This document shows positions 10,811 to 26,200 of a DNA stretch of 64,000 nucleotides, one piece after another. This stretch comes from Antedon mediterranea (taxonomy: Eukaryota; Animalia; Echinodermata), in contig NC_092678.1 in assembly GCF_964355755.1 (NCBI RefSeq), positions 10,910,352 to 10,974,351 on the forward strand. The letters run 5' to 3'. The stretch's first letter is position 1. Every line of letters begins with the position of its first letter. The translations under genes and the position numbers were made by a program. Below the pieces are notes generated by a model. It saw only the letters and a program-made list of their open reading frames with translations. It was not told the origin of the DNA and searched no databases.

Positions 10811-13800
10811 TATTTTGAGGGTTGTAAATGTCAGGCCTAAACAAGTGGACCTTTTTTAAAATCAGAAACAAAGTTGCATGGCATTATTTTTCATTGGTTG
10901 ATCATCCATTTCATATATATAGACTATTATCAGCTCTTAAGTCATATACTGGTTTGCGGCGTAACGGGTAATGCTCAGTTTTGAGTGATTTCAATAGTGG
11001 GTTTGAACTTCTAGGGATATTTTTTTTCTTTTTTTTTTTATTTGAAAATAAATATTGTTTTTGAAAGTGAGATATTTTGAGGGTTGTAAATGTCAGGCCT
11101 AAACAAGTGAACCTTTTTTAAAATCAGAAACAAAGTTGCATGGCATTATTTTTCATTGATTGATCATTAATTTCATATAAATACACTATTATCAGCTCTT
11201 CAGTTATCTACTGGTTTGTAGCGTAACGGGTAATGCTCAGGTTTGAGTGCTCTGAGTAGTGGGTCGAACCTCTAACTAGGGATATTTTTTTTCTTTTTTT
11301 TTTTAAATTGAAAATAAATATGGTTTTTGAAAGTGAGATATTTTGAGGGTTGTAAATGTCAGGCCTAAACAAGTGGACCTTTTTTAAAATCAGAAACAAA
11401 GTTGCATGGCATTATTTTTCATTGATTGATAATTCATTTCATATAAATAGACTATTATCAGCTCTACAGTCATCTACTGGTTTGTGGCGTAACGGGTAAT
11501 GCTCAGGTTTGAGTGCTCTGAGTAGTGGGTCGAACCTCTAGGGATATTTTTTTTCTTTTTTTTTTTAAATTGAAAATAAATATGGTTTTTGAAAGTGAGA
11601 TATTTTGAGGGTTGTAAATGTCAGGCCTAAACAAGTGAACCTTTTTTAAAATCAGAAACAAAGTTGCATGGCATTATTTTTCATTGATTTATTATTTATT
11701 TCATATAAATAGAGTATTATCAGCTCCTCAGTCATCTACTGGTTTGTGGCGTAACGGGTAATGCTCAGGTTTGAGTGCTCTCAGTAGTGGGTTCGAACCT
11801 ATACGGGTATTTTTTTTCTTTTTTTTTTTATTTGAAAATAAATATTGTTTTTGAAAGTGAGATATTTTGAGGGTTGTAAATGTCAGGCCTAAACAAGTGG
11901 ACCTTTTTTAAAATCAGAAACAAAGTTGCATGGCATTATTTTTCATTGGTTGATCATCCATTTCATATATATAGACTATTATCAGCTCTTAAGTCATATA
12001 CTGGTTTGCGGCGTAACGGGTAATACCCAGGTTTGAGTGCTCTCAGTAGCGGGTTCCAACCTCTAGGGATATTGCTTTTTTTTTTCTTATTGAAAATAAA
12101 TATTTTTTTTGAAAATGAGATATTTTTTAGGGTTGTAAATGTCAGGCCTAAACAAATGGATCTTTTTTAAAATCAGAAACAAAGTTGCATGGCATTATTT
12201 TTCATTGATTGATAATTCATTTCATATAAATAGACTATTACCAGCTCTTCAGTCATCTACTGGTTTGTGGCGTAACGAGTAATGCTCAGGTTTGCGTGCT
12301 CTGAGTAGTGGTTCGAACCTCTAGGGATATTTTTTTTCTTTTTTTTTTAAATTGAAAATAAATATGGTTTTTGAAAGTGAGATATTTTGAGGGTTGTAAA
12401 TGTCAGGCCTAAACAAGTGGACCTTTTTTAAAATCAGAAACAAAGTTGCATGGCATTATTTTTCATTGATTGATCATTTATTTTATATATATAGACTATT
12501 ATCAGCTCCTCAGTCATCTACTGGTTTGTGGCGTAACCGGTAATGCTCAGGTTTGAGTGCTCTCAGTAGTGGGTTCGAACATATACGGGTATTTTTTTTC
12601 TTTTTTTTTTATTTGAAAATAAATATTGTTTTTGAAAGTGAGATATTTTGAGGGTTGTAAATGTCAGGCCTAAACAAGTGGACCTTTTTTAAAATCAGAA
12701 ACAAAGTTGCATGGCATTATTTTTCATTGATTGATCATTTATTTAATATAAATAGACTATTATCAGCTCCTCAATCATCTACTGGTTTGTGGCGTAACGG
12801 ATAATGCTCAAGTTTGAGTGCTTTCAGTAGTGGGTTCGAACCTCCGGGGATTTTTTTTTTTTTTAAATTGAAAATAAATATTGTTTTTGAAAGTGAGATA
12901 TTTTGAGGGTTGTAAATGTCAGGCCTAAACAAGTGGACCTTTTTTAAAATCAGAAACAAAGTTGCATGGCATTATTTTTCATTGGTTGATCATCCATTTC
13001 ATATAAATAGACTATTATCAGCTCTTCAGTCATCTACTGGTTTGTGGCGTAACGGGTAATGCTCAGGTTTGAGTGCTCTGAGTAGTGGGTCGAACCTCAA
13101 AAGATATTTTTTTTCTTTTTTTTTAAATTGAAAATAAATATGGTTTTTGAAAGTGAGATATTTTAAGGGTTTTAAATGTCAAGCCTAACCAAGTGGACCT
13201 TTTTTTAAAATCAGAAACAAAGTTGCATAACATCATTTTACATTGATGGATCATTCATTTCATATAAATAGACTGTTATCAGCTCTTCAGTCATCTACTG
13301 GTTTGTGGCGTAACGGGTAATACCCAGGTTTGAGTGCTCTCAGTAGCGGGTTCCAACCTCTACGGGTATTTTTTTTTCTTTTTTTTTTAATTGAAAATAA
13401 ATATTTTTTTTGAAAATGAGATATTTTGAGGGTTGCAACTGTCAGGCCTAAACAAGTGGACCTTTTTTAAAATCAGAAACAAAGTTGCATGGCATTATTT
13501 TTCATTGATTGATAATTCATTTCATATAAATAGACTATTACCAGCTCTTCAGTCATCTTCTGGTTTGTGGCGTAACGGATAATGCTCAGGTTTGAGTGCT
13601 CTCAGTAGCGGGTTCCAACCTCTAGGGATATTGCTTTTTTTTTTCTTATTGAAAATAAATATTTTTTTTTGAAAATGAGATATTTTTTAGGGTTGTGAAT
13701 GTCAGGCCTAAACAAATGGATCTTTTTTAAAATCAGAAACAAAGTTGTATGGCATTATTTTCATTGATTGATAATTCATTTCATATAAATAGACTATTAT

Positions 13801-16800
13801 CAGCTCTTCTGTCATCTACTGGTTTGTGGCGTAACGGGTGATGCTCAGGTTTGAGTGCTCTGAGTAGTGGGTCGAAACTCTAGGGATATTTTTTTTCTTT
13901 TTTTTTTTAAATTGAAAATAAATATGGTTTTTGAAAGTGAGATATTTTGAGGGTTGTAAATGTCAGGTCTAAACAAGTGGACCTTTTTTTAAAATCAGAA
14001 ACAAAGTTGCATGGCATTATTTTTCATTGATTGATCATTTATTTTATATATGTAGACTATTATCAGCTCCACAGTCATCTACTGGTTTGTGGCGTAACGG
14101 GCAATGCTCAGGTTTGAGTGCTCTCAGTAGTGGGTTCGAACCTATACGGGTATTTTTTTTTTTTTTTTTTATTTGAAAATAAATATTGTTTTTGAAAGTG
14201 AGATATTTTGAGGGTTGTAAATGTCAGGCCTAAACAAGTGGACCTTTTTTAAAATCAGAAACAAAGTTGCATGGCATTATTTTTCATTGATTGATCATTT
14301 ATTTAATATAAATAGACTATTATCAGCTCCTCAGTCATCTACTGGTTTGTGGCGTAACGGATAATGCTCAGGTTTGAGTGCTTTCAGTAGTGGGTTCGAA
14401 CCTCTGGGGATTTTTTTTTTTAAATTGAAAATAAATATTGTTTTTGAAAGTGAGATATTTTGAGGGTTGTAAATGTCAGGCCTAAACAAGTGGACCTTTT
14501 TTAAAATCAGAAACAAAGTTGCATGGCATTATTTTTCATTGGTTGATCATCCATTTCATATATATAGACTATTATCAGCTCTTAAGTCATATACTGGTTT
14601 GCGGCGTAACGGGTAATGCTCAGTTTTGAGTGATTTCAATAGTGGGTTTGAACTTCTAGGGATATTTTTTTTCTTTTTTTCTTTATTTGAAAATAAATAT
14701 TGTTTTTGAAAGTGAGATATTTTGAGGGTTGTAAATGTCAGGCCTAAACAAGTGAACCTTTTTTAAAATCAGAAACAAAGTTGCATGGCATTATTTTTCA
14801 TTGATTGATCATTAATATCATATAAATACACTATTATCAGCTCTTCAGTTATCTACTGGTTTGTACCGTAACGGGTAATACCCAGGTTTGAGTGCTCTCA
14901 GTAGCGGGTTTCAACCTCTAGGGATATTGCTTTTTTTTTTTCTTATTGAAAATAAATATTTTTTTTGAAAATGAGATATTTTTTAGGGTTGTAAATGTCA
15001 GGCCTAAACAAATGGATCTTTTTTAAAATCAGAAACAAAGTTGCATGGCATTATTCTTCATTGATTGATAATTCATTTCATATAAATAGACTATTACCAG
15101 CTCTTCAGTCATCTACTGGTTTGTGGCGTAACGAGTAATGCTCAGGTTTGAGTGCTCTGAGTAGTGGGTCGAACCTCTAGGGATATTTTTTTTCTTTTTT
15201 TTTTAAATTGAAAATAAATATGGTTTTTGAAAGTGAGATATTTTGAGGGTTGTAAATGTCAGGCCTAAACAAGTGGACCTTTTTTAAAATCAGAAACAAA
15301 GTTGCATGGCATTATTTTTCATTGATTGATAATTCATTTCATATAAATAGACTATTACCAGCTCTTCAGTCATCTACTGGTTTGTGGCATAACGAGTAAT
15401 GCTCAGGTTTGAGTGCTCTGAGTAGTGGGTCGAACCTCTAGGGATATTTTTTTTCTTTTTTTTTTTAAATTGAAAATAAATATGGTTTTTGAAAGTGAGA
15501 TATTTTGAGGGTTGTAAATGTCAGGCCTAAACAAGTGGACCTTTTTTAAAATCAGAAACAAAGTTGCATGGCATTATTTTTCATTGATTGATAATTCATT
15601 TCATATAAATAGACTATTATCAGCTCTTCAGTCATCTACTGGTTTGTGGCGTAACGGGTAATGCTCAGGTTTGAGTGCTCTGAGTAGTGGGTCGAACCTC
15701 TAGGGATATTTTTTTTCTTTTTTTTTTAAAATTGAAAATAAATATGGTTTTTGAAAGTGAGATATTTTGAGGGTTGTAAATGTCAGGCCTAAACAAGTGG
15801 ACCTTTTTTAAAATCAGAAACAAAGTTGCATGGCATTATTTTTCATTGATTTATTATTTATTTCATATAAATAGAGTATTATCAGCTCCTCAGTCATCTA
15901 CTGGTTTGTGGCGTAACGGGTAATGCTCAGGTTTGAGTGCTCTCAGTAGTGGGTTCGAACCTATACGGGTATTTTTTTTCTTTTTTTTTTATTTGAAAAT
16001 AAATATTGTTTTTGAAAGTGAGATATTTTGAGGGTTGTAAATGTCAGTCCTAAACAAGTGGACCTTTTTTAAAATCAGAAACAAAGTTGCATGGCATTAT
16101 TTTTCATTGGTTGATCATCCATTTCATATATATAGACTATTATCAGCTCTTAAGTCATATACTGGTTTGCGGCGTAACGGGTAATACCCAAGGTTGAGTG
16201 CTCTCAGTAGCGGGTTCCAACCTCTAGGGATATTGCTTTTTTTCCTTATTGAAAATAAATATTTTTTTTTTAAATGAGATATTTTTTAGGGTTGTAAATG
16301 TCAGGCCTAAACAAATGGATCTTTTTTAAAATCAGAAACAAAGTTGCATGGCAATATTTTTCATTGATTGATAATTCATTTCATATAAATAGACTATTAC
16401 CAGCTCTTTAGTCATCTACTGGTTTGTGGCGTAACGAGTAATTCTCAGGTTTGAGTGCTCTGAGTAGAGGGTCGAACCTCTAGGGATATTTTTTTTCTTT
16501 TTTTTTAAATTGAAAATAAATATGGTTTTTGAAAGTGAGATATTTTGAGGGTTGTAAATGTCAGGCCTAAACAAGTGGACCTTTTTTAAAATCAGAAACA
16601 AAGTTGCATGGCATTATTTTTCATTGATTGATCATTTATTTTATATATATAGACTATTATCAGCTCCTCAGTCATCTACTGGTTTGTGGCGTAACCGGTA
16701 ATGCTCAGGTTTGAGTGCTCTCAGTAGTGGGTTCGAACCTATACGGGTATTTTTTTTCTTTTTTTTTTATTTGAAAATAAATATTGTTTTTGAAAGTGAG

Positions 16801-19800
16801 ATATTTTGAGGGTTGTAAATGTCAGGCCTAAACAAGTGGACCTTTTTTAAAATCAGAAACAAAGTTGCATGGCATTATTTTTCATTGATTGATCATTTAT
16901 TTAATATAAATAGACTATTATCAGCTCCTCAGTCATCTACTGGTTTGTGGCGTAACGGATAATGCTCAGGTTTGAGTGCTTTCAGTAGTGGGTTCGAACC
17001 TCTGGGGATTTTTTTTTTTAAATTGAAAATAAATATTGTTTTTGAAAGTGAGATATTTTGAGGGTTGTAAATGTCAGGCCTAAACAAGTGGACCTTTTTT
17101 AAAATCAGAAACAAAGTTGCATGGCATTATTTTTCATTGGTTGATCATCCATTTCATATATATAGACTATTATCAGCTCTTAAGTCATATACTGGTTTGC
17201 GGCGTAACGGGTAATGCTCAGTTTTGAGTGATTTCAATAGTGGGTTTGAACTTCTAGGGATATTTTTTTTCTTTTTTTCTTTATTTGAAAATAAATATTG
17301 TTTTTGAAAGTGAGATATTTTGAGGGTTGTAAATGTCAGGCCTAAACAAGTGAACCTTTTTTAAAATCAGAAACAAAGTTGCATGGCATTATTTTTCATT
17401 GATTGATCATTAATATCATATAAATACACTATTATCAGCTCTTCAGTTATCTACTGGTTTGTACCGTAACGGGTAATACCCAGGTTTGAGTGCTCTCAGT
17501 AGCGGGTTTCAACCTCTAGGGATATTGCTTTTTTTTTTTCTTATTGAAAATAAATATTTTTTTTGAAAATGAGATATTTTTTAGGGTTGTAAATGTCAGG
17601 CCTAAACAAATGGATCTTTTTTAAAATCAGAAACAAAGTTGCATGGCATTATTTTTCATTGATTGATAATTCATTTCATATAAATAGACTATTACCAGCT
17701 CTTCAGTCATCTACTGGTTTGTGGCGTAACGAGTAATGCTCAGGTTTGAGTGCTCTGAGTAGTGGGTCGAACCTCTAGGGATATTTTTTTTCTTTTTTTT
17801 TTAAATTGAAAATAAATATGGTTTTTGAAAGTGAGATATTTTGAGGGTTGTAAATGTCAGGCCTAAACAAGTGGACCTTTTTTAAAATCAGAAACAAAGT
17901 TGCATGGCATTATTTTTCATTGATTGATAATTCATTTCATATAAATAGACTATTACCAGCTCTTCAGTCATCTACTGGTTTGTGGCATAACGAGTAATGC
18001 TCAGGTTTGAGTGCTCTGAGTAGTGGGTCGAACCTCTAGGGATATTTTTTTTCTTTTTTTTTTTAAATTGAAAATAAATATGGTTTTTGAAAGTGAGATA
18101 TTTTGAGGGTTGTAAATGTCAGGCCTAAACAAGTGGACCTTTTTTAAAATCAGAAACAAAGTTGCATGGCATTATTTTTCATTGATTGATAATTCATTTC
18201 ATATAAATAGACTATTATCAGCTCTTCAGTCATCTACTGGTTTGTGGCGTAACGGGTAATGCTCAGGTTTGAGTGCTCTGAGTAGTGGGTCGAACCTCTA
18301 GGGATATTTTTTTTCTTTTTTTTTTAAAATTGAAAATAAATATGGTTTTTGAAAGTGAGATATTTTGAGGGTTGTAAATGTCAGGCCTAAACAAGTGGAC
18401 CTTTTTTAAAATCAGAAACAAAGTTGCATGGCATTATTTTTCATTGATTTATTATTTATTTCATATAAATAGAGTATTATCAGCTCCTCAGTCATCTACT
18501 GGTTTGTGGCGTAACGGGTAATGCTCAGGTTTGAGTGCTCTCAGTAGTGGGTTCGAACCTATACGGGTATTTTTTTTCTTTTTTTTTTATTTGAAAATAA
18601 ATATTGTTTTTGAAAGTGAGATATTTTGAGGGTTGTAAATGTCAGGCCTAAACAAGTGGACCTTTTTTAAAATCAGAAACAAAGTTGCATGGCATTATTT
18701 TTCATTGGTTGATCATCCATTTCATATATATAGACTATTATCAGCTCTTAAGTCATATACTGGTTTGCGGCGTAACGGGTAATACCCAAGGTTGAGTGCT
18801 CTCAGTAGCGGGTTCCAACCTCTAGGGATATTGCTTTTTTTCCTTATTGAAAATAAATATTTTTTTTTTAAATGAGATATTTTTTAGGGTTGTAAATGTC
18901 AGGCCTAAACAAATGGATCTTTTTTAAAATCAGAAACAAAGTTGCATGGCATTATTTTTCATTGATTGATAATTCATTTCATATAAATAGACTATTACCA
19001 GCTCTTTAGTCATCTACTGGTTTGTGGCGTAACGAGTAATTCTCAGGTTTGAGTGCTCTGAGTAGAGGGTCGAACCTCTAGGGATATTTTTTTTCTTTTT
19101 TTTTAAATTGAAAATAAATATGGTTTTTGAAAGTGAGATATTTTGAGGGTTGTAAATGTCAGGCCTAAACAAGTGGACCTTTTTTAAAATCAGAAACAAA
19201 GTTGCATGGCATTATTTTTCATTGATTGATCATTTATTTTATATATATAGACTATTATCAGCTCCTCAGTCATCTACTGGTTTGTGGCGTAACCGGTAAT
19301 GCTCAGGTTTGAGTGCTCTCAGTAGTGGGTTCGAACCTATACGGGTATTTTTTTTCTTTTTTTTTTATTTGAAAATAAATATTGTTTTTGAAAGTGAGAT
19401 ATTTTGAGGGTTGTAAATGTCAGGCCTAAACAAGTGGACCTTTTTTAAAATCAGAAACAAAGTTGCATGGCATTATTTTTCATTGATTGATCATTTATTT
19501 AATATAAATAGACTATTATCAGCTCCTCAATCATCTACTGGTTTGTGACGTAACGGATAATGCTCAAGTTTGAGTGCTTTCAGTAGTGGATTCGAACCTC
19601 CGGGGATTTTTTTTTTTTTTTTAATTGAAAATAAATATTGTTTTTGAAAGTGAGATATTTTGAGGGTTGTAAATGTCAGGCCTAAACAAGTGGACCTTTT
19701 TTAAAATCAGAAACAAAGTTGCATGGCATTATTTTTCATTGGTTGATCATCCATTTCATATATATAGACTATTATCAGCTCTTAAGTCATATACTGGTTT

Positions 19801-22800
19801 GCGGCGTAACGGGTAATGCTCAGTTTTGAGTGACTTCAATAGTGGGTTTGAACCTCAAGGGATATTTTTTTTCTTTTTTTTAAAATTGAAAATAAATATG
19901 GTTTTTGAAAGTGAGATATTTTGAGGGTTTTAAATGTCAAGCCTAACCAAGTGGACCTTTTTTTAAAATCAGAAACAAAGTTGCATAACATCATTTTACA
20001 TTGATGGATCATTTATTTCATATAAATAGACTGTTATCAGCTCTTCAGTCATCTACTGGTGTGTGGCGTAACCGGTAGTGCTCAGGTTTGAGTTCTCGCA
20101 GTAGTGGGTTCGAACCTCTACGAATATTTTTTTTCTTTTTTTTTTAATTGAAAATAAATATTGTTTTTGAAAGTGAGATATTTTGAGGGTTGCAAATGTC
20201 AAGCCTAAACAAGTGGACCTTTTTTAAAATCAGAAACAAAGTTGCATGGCATTATTTTTCATTGGTTGATCATCCATTTCATATAAATAGACTATTATCA
20301 GCTACTCAGTTATATACTGGTTTGCGGCGTAACGGGTAAAGCTCAGTTTTGAGTGATTTCAATAGTGGGTTCGAACTTCTAGGGATATTTTTTTATTTTT
20401 TTTATTTGAAAATAAATATTGTTTTTGAAAGTGAGATATTTTGAGGGTTGTAAATGTCAGGCCTAAACAAGTGAACATTTTTTTCAATCAGAAACAAAGT
20501 TGCATGGCATTATTTTTCATTGATTGATCATTCATTTCATATAACTATTATTAGCTCCTCAGTCATCTACTGGTTTGTGGCGTAACGTGTAATGCTCAGG
20601 TTTAAGTGCTCTCAGTAGTGGGTTCGAACCTATAAGGGTATTTTTTTTTTCTTTTTTTTTTAATTGAAAATAAATATTGTTTTTGAAAGTGAGATATTTT
20701 GAGGGTTGCAAATGTCAGGCCTAAACAAGTGAACCTTTTTTAAAATCAGAAACAAAGTTGCATGGCATTATTTTTCATTGATTGATCATCCATTTCATAT
20801 AAATAGACTATTATCAGCTCTTCAGTCATATACTGGTTTGCGGCGAACGGGTAATGCTCAGGTTTGAGTGATGTCAATAGTGGGTTCGAACTTCTAGGGA
20901 TATTTTTTTTCTTTTTTTTTTTATTTGAAAATAAATATTGTTTTTGAAGGTGAGATATTTTGAGGGTTGTAAATGTCAGGCCTAAACAAGTGAACCTTTT
21001 TTAAAATCAGAAACAAAGTTGCATGGCATTATTTTTCATTGATTTATTATTTATTTCATATAAATAGAGTATTATCAGCTCTTCAGTCATCTACTGGTTT
21101 GAGGCGTAACGGGTAATGCTCAGGTTTGAGTGCTCTTAGTAGTGGGTTCGAACCTATACGGGTATTTTTTTTCTTTTTTTTTTAATTGAAAATAAATATT
21201 GTTTTTGAAAGTGAGATATTTTGAGGGTTGCAACTGTCAGGCCTAAACAAGTGGACCTTTTTTAAAATCAGAAACAAAGTTGCATGGCATTATTTTTCAT
21301 TGATTGATCATTCATTTCATATAAATAGACTATTATCAGCTCCGCAGTCATCTACTGGTTTGTGGCGTAACGGATAATTCTCAGATTTGAGTGCTTTCAG
21401 TAGTGGGTTCGAACCTCTAGGGATTTTTTTTTTTTTAAATTGAAAATAAATATTGTTTTTGAAAGTGAGATATTTTGAGGGTTGTAAATGTCAGGCCTAA
21501 ACAAGTGGACCTTTTTTAAAATCAGAAACAAAGTTGCATGGCATTATTTTTCATTGATTTATTATTAATTTCATATAAATAGAGTATTATCAGCTCTTCA
21601 GTCATCTACTGGTTTGTGGCGTAACGGGTAATGCTCAGGTTTGAGTGCTCTGAGTAGTGGGTCGAACCTCAAGGGATATTTTTTTTCTTTTTTTTTAAAT
21701 TGAAAATAAATATGGTTTTTGAAAGTGAGATATTTTGAGGGTTTTAAATGTCAAGCCTAACCAAGTGGACCTTTTTTTAAAATCAGAAACAAAGTTGCAT
21801 AACATCATTTTACATTGATGGATCATTTATTTCATATAAATAGACTGTTATCAGCTCTTCAGTCATCTACTGGTGTGTGGCGTAACCGGTAGTGCTCAGG
21901 TTTGAGTTCTCGCAGTAGTGGGTTCGAACCTCTACGAATATTTTTTTTCTTTTTTTTTTAATTGAAAATAAATATTGTTTTTGAAAGTGAGATATTTTGA
22001 GGGTTGCAAATGTCAGGCCTAAACAAGTGGACCTTTTTTAAAATCAGAAACAAAGTTGCATGGCATTATTTTTCATTGGTTGATCATCCATTTTATATAA
22101 ATAGACTATTATCAGCTCTTCAGTCATCTACTGGTTTGTGGCGTAACGGGTAATGCTCAGGTTTGAGTGCTCTGAGTAGTGGGTCGAACCTCTAGGGATA
22201 TTTTTTTTCTTTTTTTTTTAAATTGAAAATAAATATGGATTTTGAAAGTGAGATATTTTGAGGGTTGTAAATGTCAGGCCTAAACAAGTGGACCTTTTTT
22301 AAAATCAGAAACAAAGTTGCATGGCATTATTTTTCATTGATTGATCATTCATTTCATATAAATGGACTATTATCAGCTCCGCAGTCATCTACTGGTTTGT
22401 GGCGTAACGGATAATGCTCAGGTTTGAGTGCTTTCAGTAGTGGGTTCGAACCTCTAGGGATTTTTTTTTTTTTAAATTGAAAATAAATATTGTTTTTGAA
22501 AGTGAGATATTTTGAGGGTTGTAAATGTCAGGCCTAAACAAATGGACCTTTTTTAAAATCAGAAACAAAGTTGCATGGCATTATTTTTCATTGATTTATT
22601 ATTAATTTCATATAAATAGAGTATTATCAGCTCTTCAGTCATCTACTGGTTTGATGCGTAACGGGTAATGCTCAGGTTTGAGTTCTCGCAGTAGTGGGTT
22701 CGAACCTCTACGAATATTTTTTTTCTTTTTTTTTTTTATTGAAAAAAATATTGTTTTTGAAAGTGAGATATTTTGAGGGTTGTAAATGTCAGGCCTAAAC

Positions 22801-23230
22801 AAGTGGACCTTTTTTAAAATCAGAAACAAAGTTGCATGGCATCATTTTTCATTGATTGATCATTCATTTCATATAAATAGACTATTATCAGCTCTTCAGT
22901 TATCTACTGGTTTGTGGCGTAACTGGTAATGCTCAAGTTTGAGTGCTCTCACTAGTGGGTTCGAACCTCTACGGATATTTTTTTTTTTTTATATTTAAAA
23001 TAAATATTGTTTTTGAAAGTGAGATATTTTGAGGGTTGTAAATGTCAGGCCTAAACAAGTGAACCTTTTTTTAAAATCAGAAACAAAGTTGCATGGCATT
23101 ATTTTTCATGGATTTATTATTAATTTCATATAAATAGAGTATTATCAGCTCTTCAGTCATCTACTGGTTTGAGGCGTAACGGGTAATGCTCAGGTTTGAG
23201 TTCTCGCAGTAGTGGGTTCGAATCTCTACG

Positions 23231-23263
<33 letters not shown>

Positions 23264-26200
23264 TGAAAAAAATATTGTTTTTGAAAGTGAGATATTTTGA
23301 GGGTTGTAAATGTCAGGCCTAAACAAGTGGACCTTTTTTAAAATCAGAAACAAAGTTGCATGGCATTATTTTTCATTGATTGATCATTAATTTCATATAA
23401 ATAGACTATTATCAGCTCTTCAGTTATCTACTGGTTTGTGGCGTAACGGGTAATACCCAGGTTTGAGTGCTCTCAGTAGAGGGTTCCAAACTCTAGGGAT
23501 ATTGCTTTTTTTTGTCTTATTGAAAATAAATATTTTTTTTGAAAATGAGATATTTTTTAGGGTTGTAAATGTCAGGCCTAAACAAATGGATCTTTTTTAA
23601 AATCAGAAACAAAGTTGCATGGCATTATTTTTCATTGATTGATAATTCATTTCATATAAATAGACTATTACCAGCTCTTCAGTCATCTACTGGTTTGTGG
23701 CGTAACGAGTAATGCTCAGGTTTGAGTGCTCTGAGTAGTTGGTCGAACCTCTAGGGATACTTTTTTTCTTTTTTTTTACATTGAAAATAAATATGGTTTT
23801 TGAAAGTGAGATATTTTGAGGGTTGTAAATGTCAGGCCTAAACAAGTGGACCTTTTTTAAAATCAGAAACAAAGTTGCATGGCATTATTTTTCATTGATT
23901 GATAATTCATTTCATATAAATAGACTATTATCAGCTCTTCAGTCATCTACTGGTTTGTGGCGTAACGGGTAATGCTCAGGTTTGAGTGTTCTGAGTAGTG
24001 GGTCGAACCTCAAGGGATATTTTTTTTCTTTTTTTTTAAATTGAAAATAAATATGGTTTTTGAAAGTGAGATATTTTGAGGGTTTTAAATGTCAAGCCTA
24101 ACCAAGTGGACCTTTTTTTAAAATCAGAAACAAAGTTGCATAACATCATTTTACATTGATGGATCATTCATTTCATATAAATAGACTGTTATCAGCTCTT
24201 CAGTCATCTACTGGTTTGTGGCGTAACCGGTAGTGCTCAGGTTTGAGTTCTCGCAGTAGTGGGTTCGAACCTCTACGAATATTTTTTTTCTTTTTTTTTT
24301 AATTGAAAATAAATATTGTTTTTGAAAGTGAGATATTTTGAGGGTTGTAAATGTCAGGCCTAAACAAGTGGACCTTTTTTAAAATCAGAAACAAAGTTGC
24401 ATGGCATTATTTTTCATTGATTGATCATTCATTTCATATAAATGGACTATTATCAGCTCCGCAGTCATCTACTGGTTTGTGGCGTAACGGATAATGCTCA
24501 GGTTTGAGTGCTTTCAGTAGTGGGTTCGAACCTCTAGGGATTTTTTTTTTTTTTAAATTGAAAATAAATATTGTTTTTGAAAGTGAGATATTTTGAGGGT
24601 TGCAACTGTCAGGCCTAAACAAGTGAACCTTTTTTAAAATCAGAAACAAAGTTGCATGGCTTTATTTTTCATTGATTTATTATTCATTTCATATAAATAG
24701 AGTATTATCAGCTCTTCAGTCATCTACTGGTTTGAGGCGTAACGGGTAATGCTCAAGTTTGAGTGCTCGCAGTAGTGGGTTCGAACCTCTACGAATCTTT
24801 TTTTTTTTTTTTTTTTTATTTAAAAAAAAATATTGTTTTTGAAAGTGAGATATTTTGAGGGTTGTAAATGACAGGCCTAAACAAATGAACCTTTTTTAAA
24901 ATCAGAAACAAAGTTGCATGGCATTATTTTTCATTGATTTATTATTTATTTCATATAAATAGAGTATTATCAGCTCTTCAGTCATCTACTGGTTTGTGGC
25001 GTATCGGGTAATGCTCAGGTTTGAGTTCTCGCAGTAGTGGGTCGAACCTCTAGGGATATTGCTTTTTTTTTTCTTATTGAAAATAAATATTTTTTTTGAA
25101 AATGAGATATTTTTTAGGGTTGTGAATGTCAGGCCTAAACAAATGGATATTTTTTAAAATCAGAAACAAAGTTGCATGGCATTATTTTTCATTGATTGAT
25201 CATTCATTTCATATAAATAGACTATTTACAGCTCTTCAGTCATCTACTGGTTTGTGGCGTAACGGGTAATGCTCAGGTTTGAGTGCTCTGAGTAGTGGGT
25301 CGAACCTCTAGGGATATTTTTTTTCTTTTTTTTTTAAATTGAAAATAAATATGGATTTTGAAAGTGAGATATTTTGAGGGTTGTAAATGTCAGGCCTAAA
25401 CAAGTGGACCTTTTTTAAAATCAGAAACAAAGTTGCATGGCATTATTTTTCATTGATTGATCATTTATTTAATATAAATAGACTATTATCAGCTCCTCAG
25501 TCATCTACTGGTTTGTGGCGTAACGGATAATGCTCAGGTTTGAGTGCTTTCAGTAGTGGGTTCGAACCTCTGGGGATTTTTTTTTTTAAATTGAAAATAA
25601 ATATTGTTTTTGAAAGTGAGATATTTTGAGGGTTGTAAATGTCAGGCCTAAACAAGTGGACCTTTTTTAAAATCAGAAACAAAGTTGCATGGCATTATTT
25701 TTCATTGGTTGATCATCCATTTCATATATATAGACTATTATCAGCTCTTAAGTCATATACTGGTTTGCGGCGTAACGGGTAATGCTCAGTTTTGAGTGAT
25801 TTCAATAGTGGGTTTGAACTTCTAGGGATATTTTTTTTCTTTTTTTCTTTATTTGAAAATAAATATTGTTTTTGAAAGTGAGATATTTTGAGGGTTGTAA
25901 ATGTCAGGCCTAAACAAGTGAACCTTTTTTAAAATCAGAAACAAAGTTGCATGGCATTATTTTTCATTGATTGATCATTAATATCATATAAATACACTAT
26001 TATCAGCTCTTCAGTTATCTACTGGTTTGTACCGTAACGGGTAATACCCAGGTTTGAGTGCTCTCAGTAGCGGGTTTCAACCTCTAGGGATATTGCTTTT
26101 TTTTTTTCTTATTGAAAATAAATATTTTTTTTGAAAATGAGATATTTTTTAGGGTTGTAAATGTCAGGCCTAAACAAATGGATCTTTTTTAAAATCAGAA

